A DNA stretch of 48,792 nt, taken from NCBI RefSeq assembly GCF_004010195.1, contig NC_057719.1, positions 88,987,211-89,036,002 on the forward strand, written 5' to 3'. Of this stretch, positions 26,881-39,535 are shown piece after piece. Position 1 is the first letter of the stretch, and each line of letters opens with the position of its first letter. The notes beneath the pieces are model-generated. The model saw only the letters and a program-made list of their open reading frames with translations. It was not told where the DNA came from and did not search any database. This DNA comes from Chiloscyllium plagiosum. Its lineage: Eukaryota. Position numbers and translations under genes: made by a program.

Positions 26881-27652
26881 TATTAGGAATAAAGTCAATC
26901 ACTGGACAACAAGTAATTCCTGTAAAATTATATGGATAACTCCTTCTGTGTGCAGAAATCAACATTCTAGACTGTAGTTAGCACATTACAGAATGGTTGT
27001 CAGCCTCCAAAATGTGTGTTTTCCTAGAAGTTGATGCTGGTTTTTTTTTAACAAGGTGTTTGCAGTAACAATTTTGTGAATTCTGGTGAAATTCTGCTGC
27101 TTGGACTGAGGGCTGGAGCCCATCCTGCTATGATTGTTGCTACCACCAAGGGTGGCATCGTGCTGACTGTGGTTAATCAAGAAGCTGCTGCTAGGTCACA
27201 ATCCCATCAATGACATGGTTAGATCCCAAGAGCTGACGGTGATATTAAAGCAATGAGTGTGCAGTAACCTTTTCTTTTCCTCGGTTAGTGGATGCCATTG
27301 ATGAGCTTATACCAAGAAAATTCAGCACTGTATGTCTATACAGTATCCAAAGCTCTTCACTGGAGAAATTGGAAAATTGGTTGCCCTTCTACATTGAAAA
27401 AAATGGATTTGTTGCTTCCTTATCAGCCTGTCTTTGTTTCCAAAATCCAGCTTCACTGTCTTGTTTTGCAAACATCCATTGAAATAAATCAATCTACTGG
27501 AGTCATGTCTTAAGTGTGACCTGTTGTTTTACAAAATTAGCTGTCAGTGGCTTGAAATAATGAGTCTCTTATTTGGATTTATAAAAATGATATTATTATA
27601 TATGTAGATGTTTGCTCAAACTGACTTAATAGCACTTTACAACCATATGCTG

Positions 27653-27730
27653 GTTTGAAAACATTCACAGTCCAAAAGGTGAGGGAATTGGGGATCCGGA
27701 TTCTTCAGAAGCTAAAGTGGTCATGAAAAC
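27653..27730 (+). pseudogene. 78-nt repeat exon copy with non-canonical sites (FENIHSPKGEGIGDPDSSEAKVVMK)
   Basis: atgcTG acceptor, GCaagt donor; frame open. Confidence 0.45.
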
Positions 27731-27745
27731 GCAAGTTTGATACAA

Positions 27746-27899
27746 TATGTGACTGAGATTTTGCTACATTCAAGAGTGCAAAAAAGTGAAAGGCAATTGC
27801 TGGTGAATTGCAATTACTGTAAGATAATATAGGGTTTGCTCGTGAAGGCATCACATAGCAGAGCAGTGAACTCCATTCCAGACCATAGCAATCATATTA
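27746..27899 (+). ncRNA. Candidate H/ACA-like intronic RNA (representative copy)
   Basis: Hairpin, then AGATAA (27822-27827), second hairpin, then ATA+3 nt; homologous copies follow other cassettes; folded by eye only. Confidence 0.25.
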
Positions 27900-28483
27900 C
27901 TACCTCTCTTATATTTCCACTATTCCTGAGGTTTGAGAGTTCTTCCAAAAAAATTGTGATATCAGGGCATCAAAGAAACTTCAATGGAAAATGGCCCGTC
28001 TTTCAGTATTGACATTTGAAGTTATGTATCTGTGACCTTTCTAGACTCAGAATCTGAACATTTGAAGACATAGGTTTCCCATCACTCTCTTTGTGCTTAT
28101 CACCAGCTACATGTCCTTCAAACCTATGGAAAGTATTGAATAAGAAGTCACCTTCTAATATGGTTCTACATCTGAAGAAGGGCTTATGCCCTTAACGTCG
28201 ATTCTCCTGCTCCTTTGATGCTGCCTGACCTGCTGCGCTTTTCCAGCAACACATTTTTCAGCTTACATCTGGAGTGTGACCAGTTTAATAAAAGCAGCTA
28301 ATCAGGAACTGAAATACTGAATCCAGAGTATTCAGCCATTCAAACAGCTGACAGATGAGAACATATGAAGGAGAAGAATTAAGCCATTCAACCCATTGTT
28401 TCTGTTTCACCATTCATCAGGACTGATATATTTCTCATTCTCATTCTCTTGCTTTCTCCCTGTAACCATCAATCCTCTTACGA

Positions 28484-30402
28484 AGAGTTTAAGAGCCGTA
28501 AGGTTATGTTGCAGCTCTATAAAGCCGTAGTAAGACCACACTTGGAATATTATGTTCTGTTCTGGTCATCTCATTATAGGGAGGATGTGGAAGCCTTAAA
28601 GAGGATGCAGAGGAGATTTACCAGGATGCTGCCAGGACCGGAGGGCATGTCTTACGAAGAAAAGTTGAGCAAGCTAAGGCTTTTCTCATTGGAGTGAAGA
28701 AGGATGAGAGGTGACTTGATAGAGGTGTACAAGATGATGAGAGGCAGAGATAACATTGATAGCCAGAGACTTTTTTCCCAGCGCGGAAATGGCTATCACA
28801 AGGGGATTTAATTTTCAGGTGATTGGAGGAGGTTTAGAGGAGATATCAGAGGTACTTTCTTTACACAGAGTGTGGTGGGTGTGTGAAATGCACTGCTAGC
28901 AGTGGTAGGAGAGTCAGATACGTTAGGGGCATTTAGAGTCATACAGTCATAGAGTCATAGAGATGTACAGCACGGAAACAGACCCTTCGGTCCAACCTGT
29001 CCATGCCGACCAGATATCCCAACCCAATCTAGTCCCACCTGCCAGCACCCGGCCCATATCCCTCCAAACCCTTCCTATTCATATACCCATCCAAATGCCT
29101 TTTAAATGTTGCAATTGTACTAACCTCCACCACTTCCTCTGGCAGCTCATTCCATACACATACCACCCTCTGTGTGAAAAGTTGCCCCTTAGGTTTCTTT
29201 TATATCTTTCCCCTCTCACCCTAAACCTATGCCCTCTAGTTCTGGACTCCGCCAACCCAGGGAAAACACTTTGTCTATTTATTCTATCCATGTCCCTCAT
29301 GATTTTGTAAACTCTATAATATCACCCCTCAGCCTCCGACGCTCCAGGGAAAACAGCCCAACCTGTTCAGCCTCTCCTTATTGCTGAAATTCTCCAACCC
29401 TGGCAACACTCTTGTCAATCTTTTCTGAATCCTTTCAAGTTTCACAACGTCTTTCCGATAGGAAGGAGACCAGAATTGTAGGCAATATTCCAACAGTGGC
29501 CTAACCAATGTCCTATACAGCCGCAACATGACCTCCCAACTCCTGTACTCAATACTCTGACCAATAAAGGAAAGCATACCAAACACCTTCTTCACTATCC
29601 TATCTCCCTATGACTCCACTTTCAAGGAGCTATGAACCTGTACCCCAAGGTCTCTTTGTTCAGCAACACTCCCAAGGACCTTACCATTAAGTGTATAAGT
29701 CCTATTAAGATTTGCTTTTCCAAAATGCAGCACCTCGCATTTATCTTAATTAAACTGCATCTGCCACTTCTCAGCCCATTGGCCCATCTGATCAAGATCC
29801 TGTTGTAATCTGATGTAACCTTCTTCGCTGTCCACTACACCTCACATTTTGGTGTCATCTGCAAACTTACTAGCTATACCCCTTAGGCTCACATCCAAGT
29901 CATTTATATGAATGACGAAAAGAAATGGACCCAGCACCGATCCTTGTGGCACTCCACTGGTCACAGGCCTCCAGTCTTCCATCACACCCTCTGTCTTCTA
30001 CCTTTGAGCCAGTTCTGTATCCAAATGGCTAGTTCTCCCTGTATTCCATGAGATCTAACCTTGCTAACCAGTCTCCCTTGGGGAACCTTGTCGAATGCCT
30101 TACTGAAATCCATATAGATCACATCTACCACTCTGCTCTCATCAATCCTCTTTGTTACCTCTTCAAAAAACTCAATCAAGTTTGTGAATCATGATTTCTC
30201 ATGCACAAAGCCATGTTGACTATCCCTAATCACTCCTTGCCTTTCCAAATACATGTAAATCCTGTCCCTCAGGATTCATTTAAGTGACTCTTGATAGTAC
30301 AATGAAGGGTATGTAGGTTAGTTTGATCATAAAGTAGGATAAAAGGTCGGCACAACATTGAGGACCGAAAGGCCTGTACTGAACTGTACTGTTCTATGTT
30401 CT
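28484..30402 (+). mobile_element. CR1 LINE 3' part split by a nested antisense CR1
   Basis: LYKAVVRPHLEYYVLFWS; resumes at ~30277 to the tail gttctatgttcta. Confidence 0.85.
28936..30276 (-). mobile_element. Nested CR1/HER1 LINE
   Basis: IYMDFSKAFDKVP, LVRPLLEYCLQFWSP; gagtcata tail; flanking duplication cattta. Confidence 0.9.
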
Positions 30403-30610
30403 AATCAAGAACCTAAATATCTCTGTCTTGAATACACCCTTTCCACCATTAATGCCTGCAAGCTATGTTTTGGGGAAATAAATCACCATCTATCGCAGTC
30501 ATATATCTGTGTGTGACCTGTTTTCATCAAATTAGCTATCAATAGCTTAAAATATTGGCTCTCTTTATTTTTAGCTTTAAAAATGATTTTACTGTGGATG
30601 TAGATGTTTG

Positions 30611-30720
30611 ATTAGATTATATTAGATTCCCTACAGTGTCAGAACAGGCCCTTTGGCCCAACAAGTCCACACTGACCCTTCAAAGAGTAACCCACCCAGA
30701 CCCATTTCCCTCTGACTAAA
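30611..30720 (-). mobile_element. HE1 SINE 3' fragment
   Basis: Tail and 3' domain only. Confidence 0.75.
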
Positions 30721-30751
30721 ATGCTTAAAAGTACTTTATGACCAATTGCAG

Positions 30752-30829
30752 CTTTGAAAACCTTAATGGTGCAAAATGCAAGGGAGTTACAGATCCACAT
30801 TTTCTAGCAATTAAGATGATCATCAAAAC
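30752..30829 (+). CDS. Putative 78-nt repeat exon (FENLNGAKCKGVTDPHFLAIKMIIK)
   Basis: ttgcAG / GTaagt, open only in the shared frame. Confidence 0.45.
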
Positions 30830-31632
30830 GTAAGTTTGATACAATATGTGACTAGGTTTTTGCTTCATTCGGAATGTAAGAAAAAGGAAATTGCTGGTGA
30901 TCTGGCAGTTACTATAAGGGTATTCACAGACTCCTCATGAAGGCATCACATAGCAGTTCAGTGAGCACCATTCTAGCCAATAGCAATCATATTACTGTCT
31001 CTCTAATATTTGCACTATTTCTTGGGGTTCAGACTTTCCTTCCAAAATGTTTTTGATGTAACATCGAAGACACTTCAATGGATAATTGCTCACGTTTCAG
31101 TCTTGAAGTTTGAAGTTTTTTCTCTGTGACCTTTTCTAAACTTGGAATATGAATATATTCCAGAAATGGGTTTCCCCTTTCTCTCCTTTGCTCTATCAGT
31201 ATCTATAGTGGCCTTCAAACATATGTAAGGTTTTGAATTTAAAAATCGCCATCTAGTGTAGTTCTACGTGTGGAGGATGACTAGTTGAACAAAAGCAGCT
31301 GACCAAGAATTGACATAATGAATTTAGAGTAAAGCTGCTAACAGATCATAAGGTATTAGGCAGAATTAGACTATATGGCCATTGAATCAATTCCAGCATT
31401 CAAACCAGACTAATATATTTCTCGACCTCATTTTCCTGGCTTCTCTCCATAGCCCTTGATCATCTTCCTAATCAAGAACCTACCTCCTTCTGTCTTTAAT
31501 ATACTCAGTGACTTGGCCTCTACAGCCCTCTGCAGCAATGATTTCCACAGATTCAGCAACCTTTGGCTGAAGAAATTCCTCCTCAGCTCAGTTCTAAAGG
31601 GTGGTCCCTTCACTGAGTTTGTGTCCTGGAGG

Positions 31633-32109
31633 TGTTGAAATTTTACCAACATGAAACATCTTTATTATTCTTCTTGCAAGGGAAAAGAACCTATAAACAT
31701 ATAGGTAGTATCTCCAAAATGTTATCAAAATACAGTTGTTTTATAACATAATCATTGAAAGTCTTTACATGACTAATTCATTTTAGTAACAAGCACAGTT
31801 ACAATAATAAACCAGATTGATAAGGAATGAATGAAACTAGTACAGGTCACAACTAGTTCAGGTCACAGAAGCTGTCTGTTCTTTCCCAGGGATTCTGGCC
31901 AAAAGCCCTATACTCACTAAGACTGGGATTATGGCCACACAGCTGTCTGTTTTGTAATGGTTACTGCTTTATCTTTTTAATTGAAACATATTTGTTGTTA
32001 GTAATAAATTATAATCCTTAAGCCACTTTATCCTTTATGTTACTAACTTTTTAATCATTAAGCTATTCCAGCCTTCATGCTGGCTTCCCAAACAATTTAT
32101 GCTTCCACA
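31633..32109 (-). mobile_element. Possible solo LTR inserted in an old CR1 fragment
   Basis: TG...CA ends, minus-strand AATAAA near 31660, CR1 sequence continues on both sides; no clean TSD. Confidence 0.4.
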
Positions 32110-33154
32110 GGATCCCCATCTCTCATAATAGTGGAAGCATCTTCTCCATGTCTACTTTATCCAGGCTTTTCTGTATTCTGTAAGTTACAACTAGATGTCT
32201 CCTCATCCTTCTAATATTAATCGATTGCAGACCCAGAATTCTCAATTGCTCCTCATAGGAATCTCAGTTGTAGCTGGATTCAAATACTAATTTAAATCTC
32301 TTAATTTATTTTTTATGATCAATTGTATTTGTGAAAACCTTGACAGTCCAAACTTCTATGGATACTTGGCTGGGAAGAATTGCAGCAATTGGAATGCAAG
32401 TTTGACTTGATGTGTGATTTAATTCTCATTTAATATTATAATTGGAATGAAGGCAATCACTGGAAAGCAAGCAATTGCTCTAAAGTTAGGTGCTGCATGC
32501 ATCCTCGAGTAGTGCAGCAAACATCATTCTAGGTTGCCACATTAAGAAAACTGTTGGATTAAGCCTCCATAAGTGGTATTGTTCCTGGATGTTAGATGGT
32601 GGTGCTCTTTTGAAAAGACATTTGCAGCAATAATTTGTTAATCCGGTGAAGCCTGCTGCTTGTACTGAGAGATGAGTCCTGCCATGATAGGTAGCATTGT
32701 GCTGATGGTGGATAATCAAGAAGATGCTACCAGATGGCTATCTCATGAATGAAATGGCCTGATCCCAAGACCTGGCAATGAAATCAGTGAAGGCAGAGCA
32801 GTGACCTTTTCTTTGCTGTCAAACATGGTTTCTATTTCTGAGCCTATACTACTTGACTGGGAAAATTCAGCCCTGTCATGTAGAGACAATATCCAAAACT
32901 CTTCACCAGAGGAATTGGGAACTTAGTTGTCCTTCTATATGTGGGCCTGGAACTCCTTGTTTGAGATATTTCTAGGCCACTCAAGGTGTAAAGTATTGAA
33001 GAAATTCATTTGTTACATCCTTTTCGGCCTCTCTTTGCTTCCATGTTCTAGCCACACTATCTCATTCTACAAACCTCCATTGAAGGTTGGGGAAATAAAT
33101 TACCATCTACTGCAGTTGAATATCTTGCGTTGTGACCTGTTTTCACAAATCTAA

Positions 33155-33540
33155 AAACCACACAACATCAGTTTATAGACCAACAGGTTTATTTGAAAGC
33201 ACAAGCTTTCAGAGCGCTGCTCCTTCATCAGGTAGCTGATAGAGCAGGATTATAGGATACAGAATGTATACAGATCATCGAGTCAGGAGAAAGTGAGGAC
33301 TGCAGATGCTGGAGATCAGAGCTGAAAATGTGTTGCTGGAAAAGCGCAGCAGGTCAAGCAGCATCCAAGGAGCAGGGGAATCAACGTCTCGGGCATGAGC
33401 CTGAAGAAGGGCTCATGTCCAAAACATCGATTCCCCTGCTCCTTGGATGCTGCCTGACCTGCTGCGCTTTTCCAGCAACACATTTTCAGATCATCGAGTC
33501 ATACAAGTAATGCAATATATTGAACAAACCTAGATTGCTG
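33155..33540 (-). mobile_element. Penelope-like terminus (family 2) with a nested palindromic family-1 terminus at 33286-33486
   Basis: Hammerhead-like core at ~33203-33232 (minus); 15-nt TSD cagatcatcgagtca (33271-33285/33487-33501). Confidence 0.75.
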
Positions 33541-33671
33541 TCTGCAGTGTTCACCAAATTCGCTATCAATGGCTTGGAATACAGACTCAATTTCTGTCAA
33601 GTTCATAAAAATGTTTTTATGAGGATGTAGATATTTGCTTAAAATGACAACACTTTTATGACAATTTGCAG

Positions 33672-33749
33672 CTCTGAAAACATTGACAGTCCAGACAATG
33701 AGGGAAAGGGGAATCCAGATCCTCCAGAAACTAAGGGGCTCATTAAAAA
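33672..33749 (+). CDS. Putative 78-nt repeat exon (SENIDSPDNEGKGNPDPPETKGLIK)
   Basis: ttgcAG / GTaagc, open frame. Confidence 0.45.
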
Positions 33750-34417
33750 GTAAGCTTGATATAACATGTGACTAAGGTTTCACTTCACTAAGAGTGCAAG
33801 AAAAAGGAAATTGCTGGAGAGGTGGCATTTTCTGTCAGGTTATTCAGGGACTCGGCTTGAAGTCATTCCATAGCAGTGCAGTGAATATCACTCCAAACCG
33901 TAGAAATCACATTACTGTCTCTCTAAAATTTGCATTATTGTTAGTGGTTGAATGTTATCTTCAAAAAGTTGAGTGACTCTTGTTCACAACTTCAGATCTC
34001 TGAAGAAGGGTCTGATTTCTTTCTGCAGATGCTGCAAAACCTATTGAGTTTCTCCAGCAACTGCTGTTCTTCATTCAGATTGTCAGCTTTCACAGTTTGT
34101 TCTTTTCACATCAAAGAAACATTTGACTGTCATTCTAATATTTGCTCCATTTGTTGTAAAAAGAAATTTTAGGTGGAAGCTTATAGTTAATGCTGCCGAC
34201 CTGATGCTGGAACTGAATCCTGGAAGCTTTGGCCAATGCCATGGATGGTAAGATACCAGCAGTTATCAATGAAGAGATTGTTGCCAGGGTTACTCACCGG
34301 TTGAAAGTGTGTCTTAGTTTCAAGAGCTGCTAATCCAGTGAGAGGGATGACAGATTGACACATTTCTGAGCCCTACTATTCAAACTGATCATCGCTGAGG
34401 CTGCAAAGGTGGGCCCA

Positions 34418-34728
34418 TGATTCGGAGATGCCGGTGTTGGACTGGGGTGTACAAAGTTAAAAATCACACAACGCCAGGTTATAGTCCAACAGGTTTAATT
34501 GGAAGCACACTAGCTTTCGGAGCGACGCTCCTTCATCAGGTAGCTGATAGAGCAGGATTATAGGATACAGAATGTATACAGATCATCGAGTCAGGAGAAA
34601 GTGAGGACTGCAGATGTTGGAGATCAGAGCTGAAAATGTGTTGCTGGAAAAGCGCAGCAGGTCACTTGATGAAGGAGGGTCGGTCCGAAAGCTAGTGTGC
34701 TTCCAATTAAACCTGTTGGACTATAACA
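34418..34728. mobile_element. Composite Penelope-like insertion carrying a copy of 33219-33356
   Basis: Inverted family-2 termini, flanking duplication aaggtgggccca. Confidence 0.75.
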
Positions 34729-34813
34729 AGGTGGGCCCAGTTAGGGAAATGAGGGAGGCAGGCCTGAGATATCATGGAGAATCAAAATGTCAAAGAGAAC
34801 TGGTCTATATCAA

Positions 34814-36036
34814 CACGGTGGGCGGCACTGTGGCACAGTGGTTAGCACTTCGAGGAGAAAGTGAGGTCTGCTGGAGATCAAAGTTGAAACTTTATTGCTG
34901 GAACAGCACAGCAGGTCAGGCAGCATCCAGGGAACAGGAGATTCGACGTTTCGGGCACAGGCCCTTCTTCAGGAATGAGCAGAGAGTGTTCAGAATCCCC
35001 AAGTGGAAAATGAAGTGTTGTTCTTTGAACTTGCGTTAAGGAACACTGCAACAGATCTGGGACAGAAATGTTGGTGTAGGAACACAGTGGTGTGTTGAAG
35101 TGGAGGCAGTGGGAAACTCTGGGTCATGTTTTACAGACAGAGTGTAGGTGTTCAGCAAAGCGGTCATCAAATCTGTGTTTCATCTCCCCCGATATACAGG
35201 AGACCACATTCTGAGCAGTGAATGAAATAAATGAGTTGAGAGAAGTGCAGGTAAGCTGCTGCTTCACCTGGAAGGTGTGCCTGAGGCCTTGGATACTGAG
35301 GTTGGAGGAAGTAAATCGGCAAGTAAGTCACCTTGTGCAAGACCAACCCCTTCCCACAAACGTCACTTCAATATATTACCACCTTTCCTGAGCTGTTAAC
35401 AGTTCTGATGAAGAATCGCCAGACTCGAAATATTATCTTGCTTTCAAAGAACACAGAACATTACAGCACAGTCCAGGCTCTCTGACCCTCAATGTTGTGC
35501 TGACCTGTGAAACCAGCCTGAAGCTGAACTAACCTGCATTGTTGCATTATCATCCATATGTTTATCCAATGGCCATTTAAAAAGACATTAAAGTCGGTGA
35601 GTCTACTACAGTTGCAGGCAGGGAGTTTCACGCCATTACTACTCTCTGAGTAAAGAAACTACCCCTCTGACATCTGTCCTATATCTATCACCGCTCAATT
35701 TAAAGCTATGTCCTCTCATGCTAGCCATCACTATCCGAGGAAAACGTCTCTCTCTGCTAACACTATCTAATCCTCTGATCATCTTTCACATCTCTATTAA
35801 GTCACCTCTCAACCTCTTCCTTCTAACGAAAACAGCCTCAGGTCACTCAGTTGGTTTCCTTCCACGGTCCAAAGATGTGCAGGTCAGGTGAATTGGCCGT
35901 GCTAAATTGCCCGTAGTGTTAGGTAAGGGGTAAATGTAGGGGTATGGGTGGGTTGCGCTTCGGCGGGTCGGTGTGGACTTGTTGGGCCGAAGGGCCTGTT
36001 TCCACACTTTAATGTAATCTAATCTAATCTAATCTA
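34814..36036. mobile_element. TE nest: HE1 SINE ends (34814-34849, 35852-36036), Penelope GIY-YIG fragments (~34850-35440, minus) and a CR1 3' end (~35447-35850, minus)
   Basis: Homology to other copies in the window; LYIG-like and HFN motifs on the minus strand. Confidence 0.7.
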
Positions 36037-36506
36037 AAACATGTCTTAGCAATGAGAAGGTGCCAGAATCCCTCCCTGCCATTTTCCCAATTTTCCCACC
36101 TCCCAGTTATTTGCCAGTGAATAATTGACCATATGTTAACACACAGTCTTTAATTCAACCTTTCTTGCTCTTCAATGTTCAGGTCTTCAGTTGTTCACTT
36201 CTAAGCACTGGACTATGCAATGAGGGTGAATGTATTGAAGAAATTGACTACCTAACCAATGCTATTACATGCCCCATGCCCCCTTCCCCTCAAAAAAAAG
36301 AACAAACATGGTGTCTACAAACTTCTGTGAAACTGAAAAAAGAAGTCACCATATACTGCTGTCATACCTTTAGAAAATAGCTTTTTGAAACAAAACTATA
36401 ATTTGTTGGAACACTGAATTTTCAAGTTTATTTTTAATGGATTTAAATGTGAATGCATTTGCTTGTTTTAAATTATAATTTGTGCTTTATAGTTGTTAAA
36501 TTGTAG

Positions 36507-36585
36507 GAATGAAAACCTTAACAACCCAAACTACAAGGGAGTTGGTAATTCATTTTCTCTGGAAACTAGCACAGAAATCAAAAAA
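36507..36585 (+). pseudogene. Repeat exon copy, 79 nt (NENLNNPNYKGVGNSFSLETSTEIKK)
   Basis: ttgtAG / GTatgt; the extra base lies in a terminal A6 run and may be a sequencing error. Confidence 0.45.
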
Positions 36586-37264
36586 GTATGTTCTTTCTGA
36601 AGTGTGACTAAATTCTGCTTTAGTCAGAATATAATGTGGAAAGGAACTGCTGGAGAGCAGGCAGTTTCTGTCAGATGTCTTTAGGAACTTCCTCTTGAGA
36701 ACATCCCACAGTGCTACAGCAAACATCACCGTTCCAGCCCACAGCCTCTCCTAATTTATTGAATGGAAGTAGTTCCCTTTCTGTATGTCTTTCCTTGCAG
36801 CTCCCCCAGCCCTTCTGCTAGCACTTGTAAACCATCTGTGAAAGCTTGGAGAAAAAAAATCAATATTTACATACATCTGGAGTGTGGCCTGTTAAACAAC
36901 TCCAGGTGATAAGGGCTTGAAACATTGTAGAGGACATCATATCTGGGTCTGTACTGGATGGAGTTGAGAAGGATGAGGGAAATCTCACTGAAACTCACAG
37001 AATATTGAAGGGCCTGCAAATATTGCACATGGACTGGAGAAGGTATTTCCATGAAAAGGAGAAATTAGGCCATGTGGATACAGTCACTGAGTGAATGGAC
37101 CAACCTTTAGAACTGAGATAAGGAAGAATTTCTTCACTCAGAGGGTGGTTAATCTGTGGAATGCACTGCTGCAGTATTTCAATGCTCCTTTTGTCTGTAA
37201 GTCACTTTTGGGTGCATGTGCTTTTTAAAAATTCCTTTAATTTCTGCCTTATAACTAAATGCAG

Positions 37265-37343
37265 GTCTGAATCTTTGGTCAGCCAAAACTCTGAGAAAAT
37301 TGAAAAGACCAAGTTCACCAGATGCGATTGCAAAAATTGCAAA
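37265..37343 (+). pseudogene. Repeat exon copy, 79 nt
   Basis: atgcAG / GTaagt; net +1 nt. Confidence 0.4.
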
Positions 37344-38351
37344 GTAAGTTTGATACATCTGTGCTTCATTCACAATACATTCCATGAAAGGAAATTACTA
37401 GAAAAACAGTAGTTCTTGTAAGATTATGTAGCAATCACCTCCTGAAGGACTCTACAGCAGCCTAGCAAATGCTATTCGAGATGATAAAAATTATATTAAA
37501 GAAACAATGGCAAAATTCAGCCTTTAATCCAAAGAAAATATCCAAAAATCTTTATTGGAAAATTGATTGGCCCTTAACATCCAGACCTTGCAACAATGCT
37601 AAGCTGCTGAACCTCCCATCCGCCGTCAAATGCACCAGCCTACCTAACTAGAATGACCTACATATTTTCTCTGAAAGTTTGGAAAGCAAACCATCTAGTG
37701 TAGTCATACTTTTGGGCTTTGACCTAATGAGGACTTGAAATACTGAGCCTTTCAGTCTTCAGGATTTATTTCCACATATTTGCAAGTCACTTGTAGATGC
37801 AAATCCTTTGTTTAATTTGTGCTTCAGGTCTGCTTGTGGCTGGAGACATTTCGGCAGGCCAGATTGTCAAGTTTGCCAAACATGAATGCAAGCATGAGGG
37901 AGCAAGTTTGATTTGATATGATTTTGATGTGGTTTAATTATTTGGAATACAGCAGAGTGAAAAGGGAATGTTAGAGAATCAATGATTTCTTCAAAGATTT
38001 TTGTGCAATGCAACGAACGACAGTCCAGACTCCAGCATTAACATTAAAGAGGCTGCTCGACTGCCTCCCGAGGAATTTAATACTGGAGAGAGAGGTGTAC
38101 CAACATTGAAACATCCAAAATGCTTAGATGGGAAGTTGCTTGCTGATCAATATCGAGGTTATCTTTCTGGACGATGCGGCTACAGTGAAAATACAGAAGA
38201 AATAGGTTCCTCTCCTCCAGCCCACCTCATCACTTTGCTTTGTTTCTCTTTCTTGCTTGTCTGCACCCCTCCTCACCTCTCACCTCCCCCCATACTTCCT
38301 TCTAGTTCATTGCAGTGTTCTCCAAACTTTGGTGGCATTTGAAGAAATATG

Positions 38352-38690
38352 AGTGGCACAGTGGCTCAATGGTTAGCACTGCTGCCTCACAGCGCCAGGG
38401 ACCCAGGTTTGATTCCAGCCTCGGGCGACTGTCTGTGTGGAGTTTGCAGATTCTCCCTGTGACTGCGTGGGTTCCTCAGAGTGCTCTGGTTTTCTCCCAC
38501 AATCCCAAAGATGTGCAGGTCAAGTGAATTGGCCAGATAAAATTGCCTATAGTGTTCAGGGATGTGTAGGTTAGAGGTATTAGTTAGGCATAAACATAGG
38601 ATATCAGGGGGGTCTTGGTGTGTTACTCTTCGGAGAGTCGGTGTGGACTTATTGGGCTGAAGGGCCTATTTACACACTGTAAGAATTCTA
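38352..38690 (+). mobile_element. HE1-type SINE
   Basis: A/B boxes and tail. Confidence 0.88.
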
Positions 38691-39457
38691 GGATGAATTC
38701 TAGAATTCTAGGAGTGTGACCTGCTCCTTGTGTCCTAGCCTTGGTATATCTCTCATACAGTGTAGCCATTGAATGCTTTGCATTTTTTATAATCTAAGTT
38801 GGCCAGCTTCCATGTATATGCATGGAGTCATGCACTTTCCCAAGTAATGGTTATAAATTTGAATCAAGCTTATAAAGTGCTTTCATGATGATTTGAATGC
38901 AGGTAACATCACAAGCACAAAGTTTCCCTGATATCATAGATTAATAGAAGACTAAATACTGAGGTCATTACACTGCTGTGGGTCACAGGGCTGGAATTAA
39001 TCCTGGGTTTATTATGTCCAGATCATTAACTAAACTCAGAACTGTTAAAGGAACAGGAAAGAAAAAAAGAATAAAATGCTCTTTTCAACCAAATAGCCAA
39101 TGATGACTGATATGACATTAAGCTTCAGTGAATTTGTTCAATGAGAAATTACTATATTAGCACTCTGAACCAAACATTGACTTACAAGTTGTACTCGTGA
39201 AGGTTGAATTGGCAACAGTCTGTAAAGAGTTCGAGTTTCTTTTTCAGACATAAGAAAGTTAAACTTAAATCCTTGCATTTGGGATGTTTTCCCTCTGTCC
39301 CAATGCAAAAGTTCTTTATTTGATCTCTTTACTCTCTACCCACTAGCTCCTGCCCTCACAGTCTAAAATTTAAATGCTGATAGGAAGTGCCAAATATGAA
39401 ATTTGTGATCATGTGCATATTTAAATGACTTAACTGGTGCTTTATGAGCAGTTACAG

Positions 39458-39535
39458 CTGTGAAAATGTTGATAGCTCACATTGAGAAGTAGGTGGAAAC
39501 CTAAGTTTGTCAGAAACTAAAGGAGTGATTGGCAA
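39458..39535 (+). pseudogene. 78-nt repeat exon copy with in-frame TGA (CENVDSSH*EVGGNLSLSETKGVIG)
   Basis: ttacAG / GTaagt. Confidence 0.45.

Noticed and set aside
27810..27835. Minus-strand exon using ctgtaagataat (ttatcttacag) as acceptor
   Set aside because: No conserved matching minus-strand donor or constant exon length across copies
38875..38980. Additional cassette after gctttcatgatgatttgaatgcag
   Set aside because: Acceptor-like start only; no matching donor at 78 nt or downstream module recognisable
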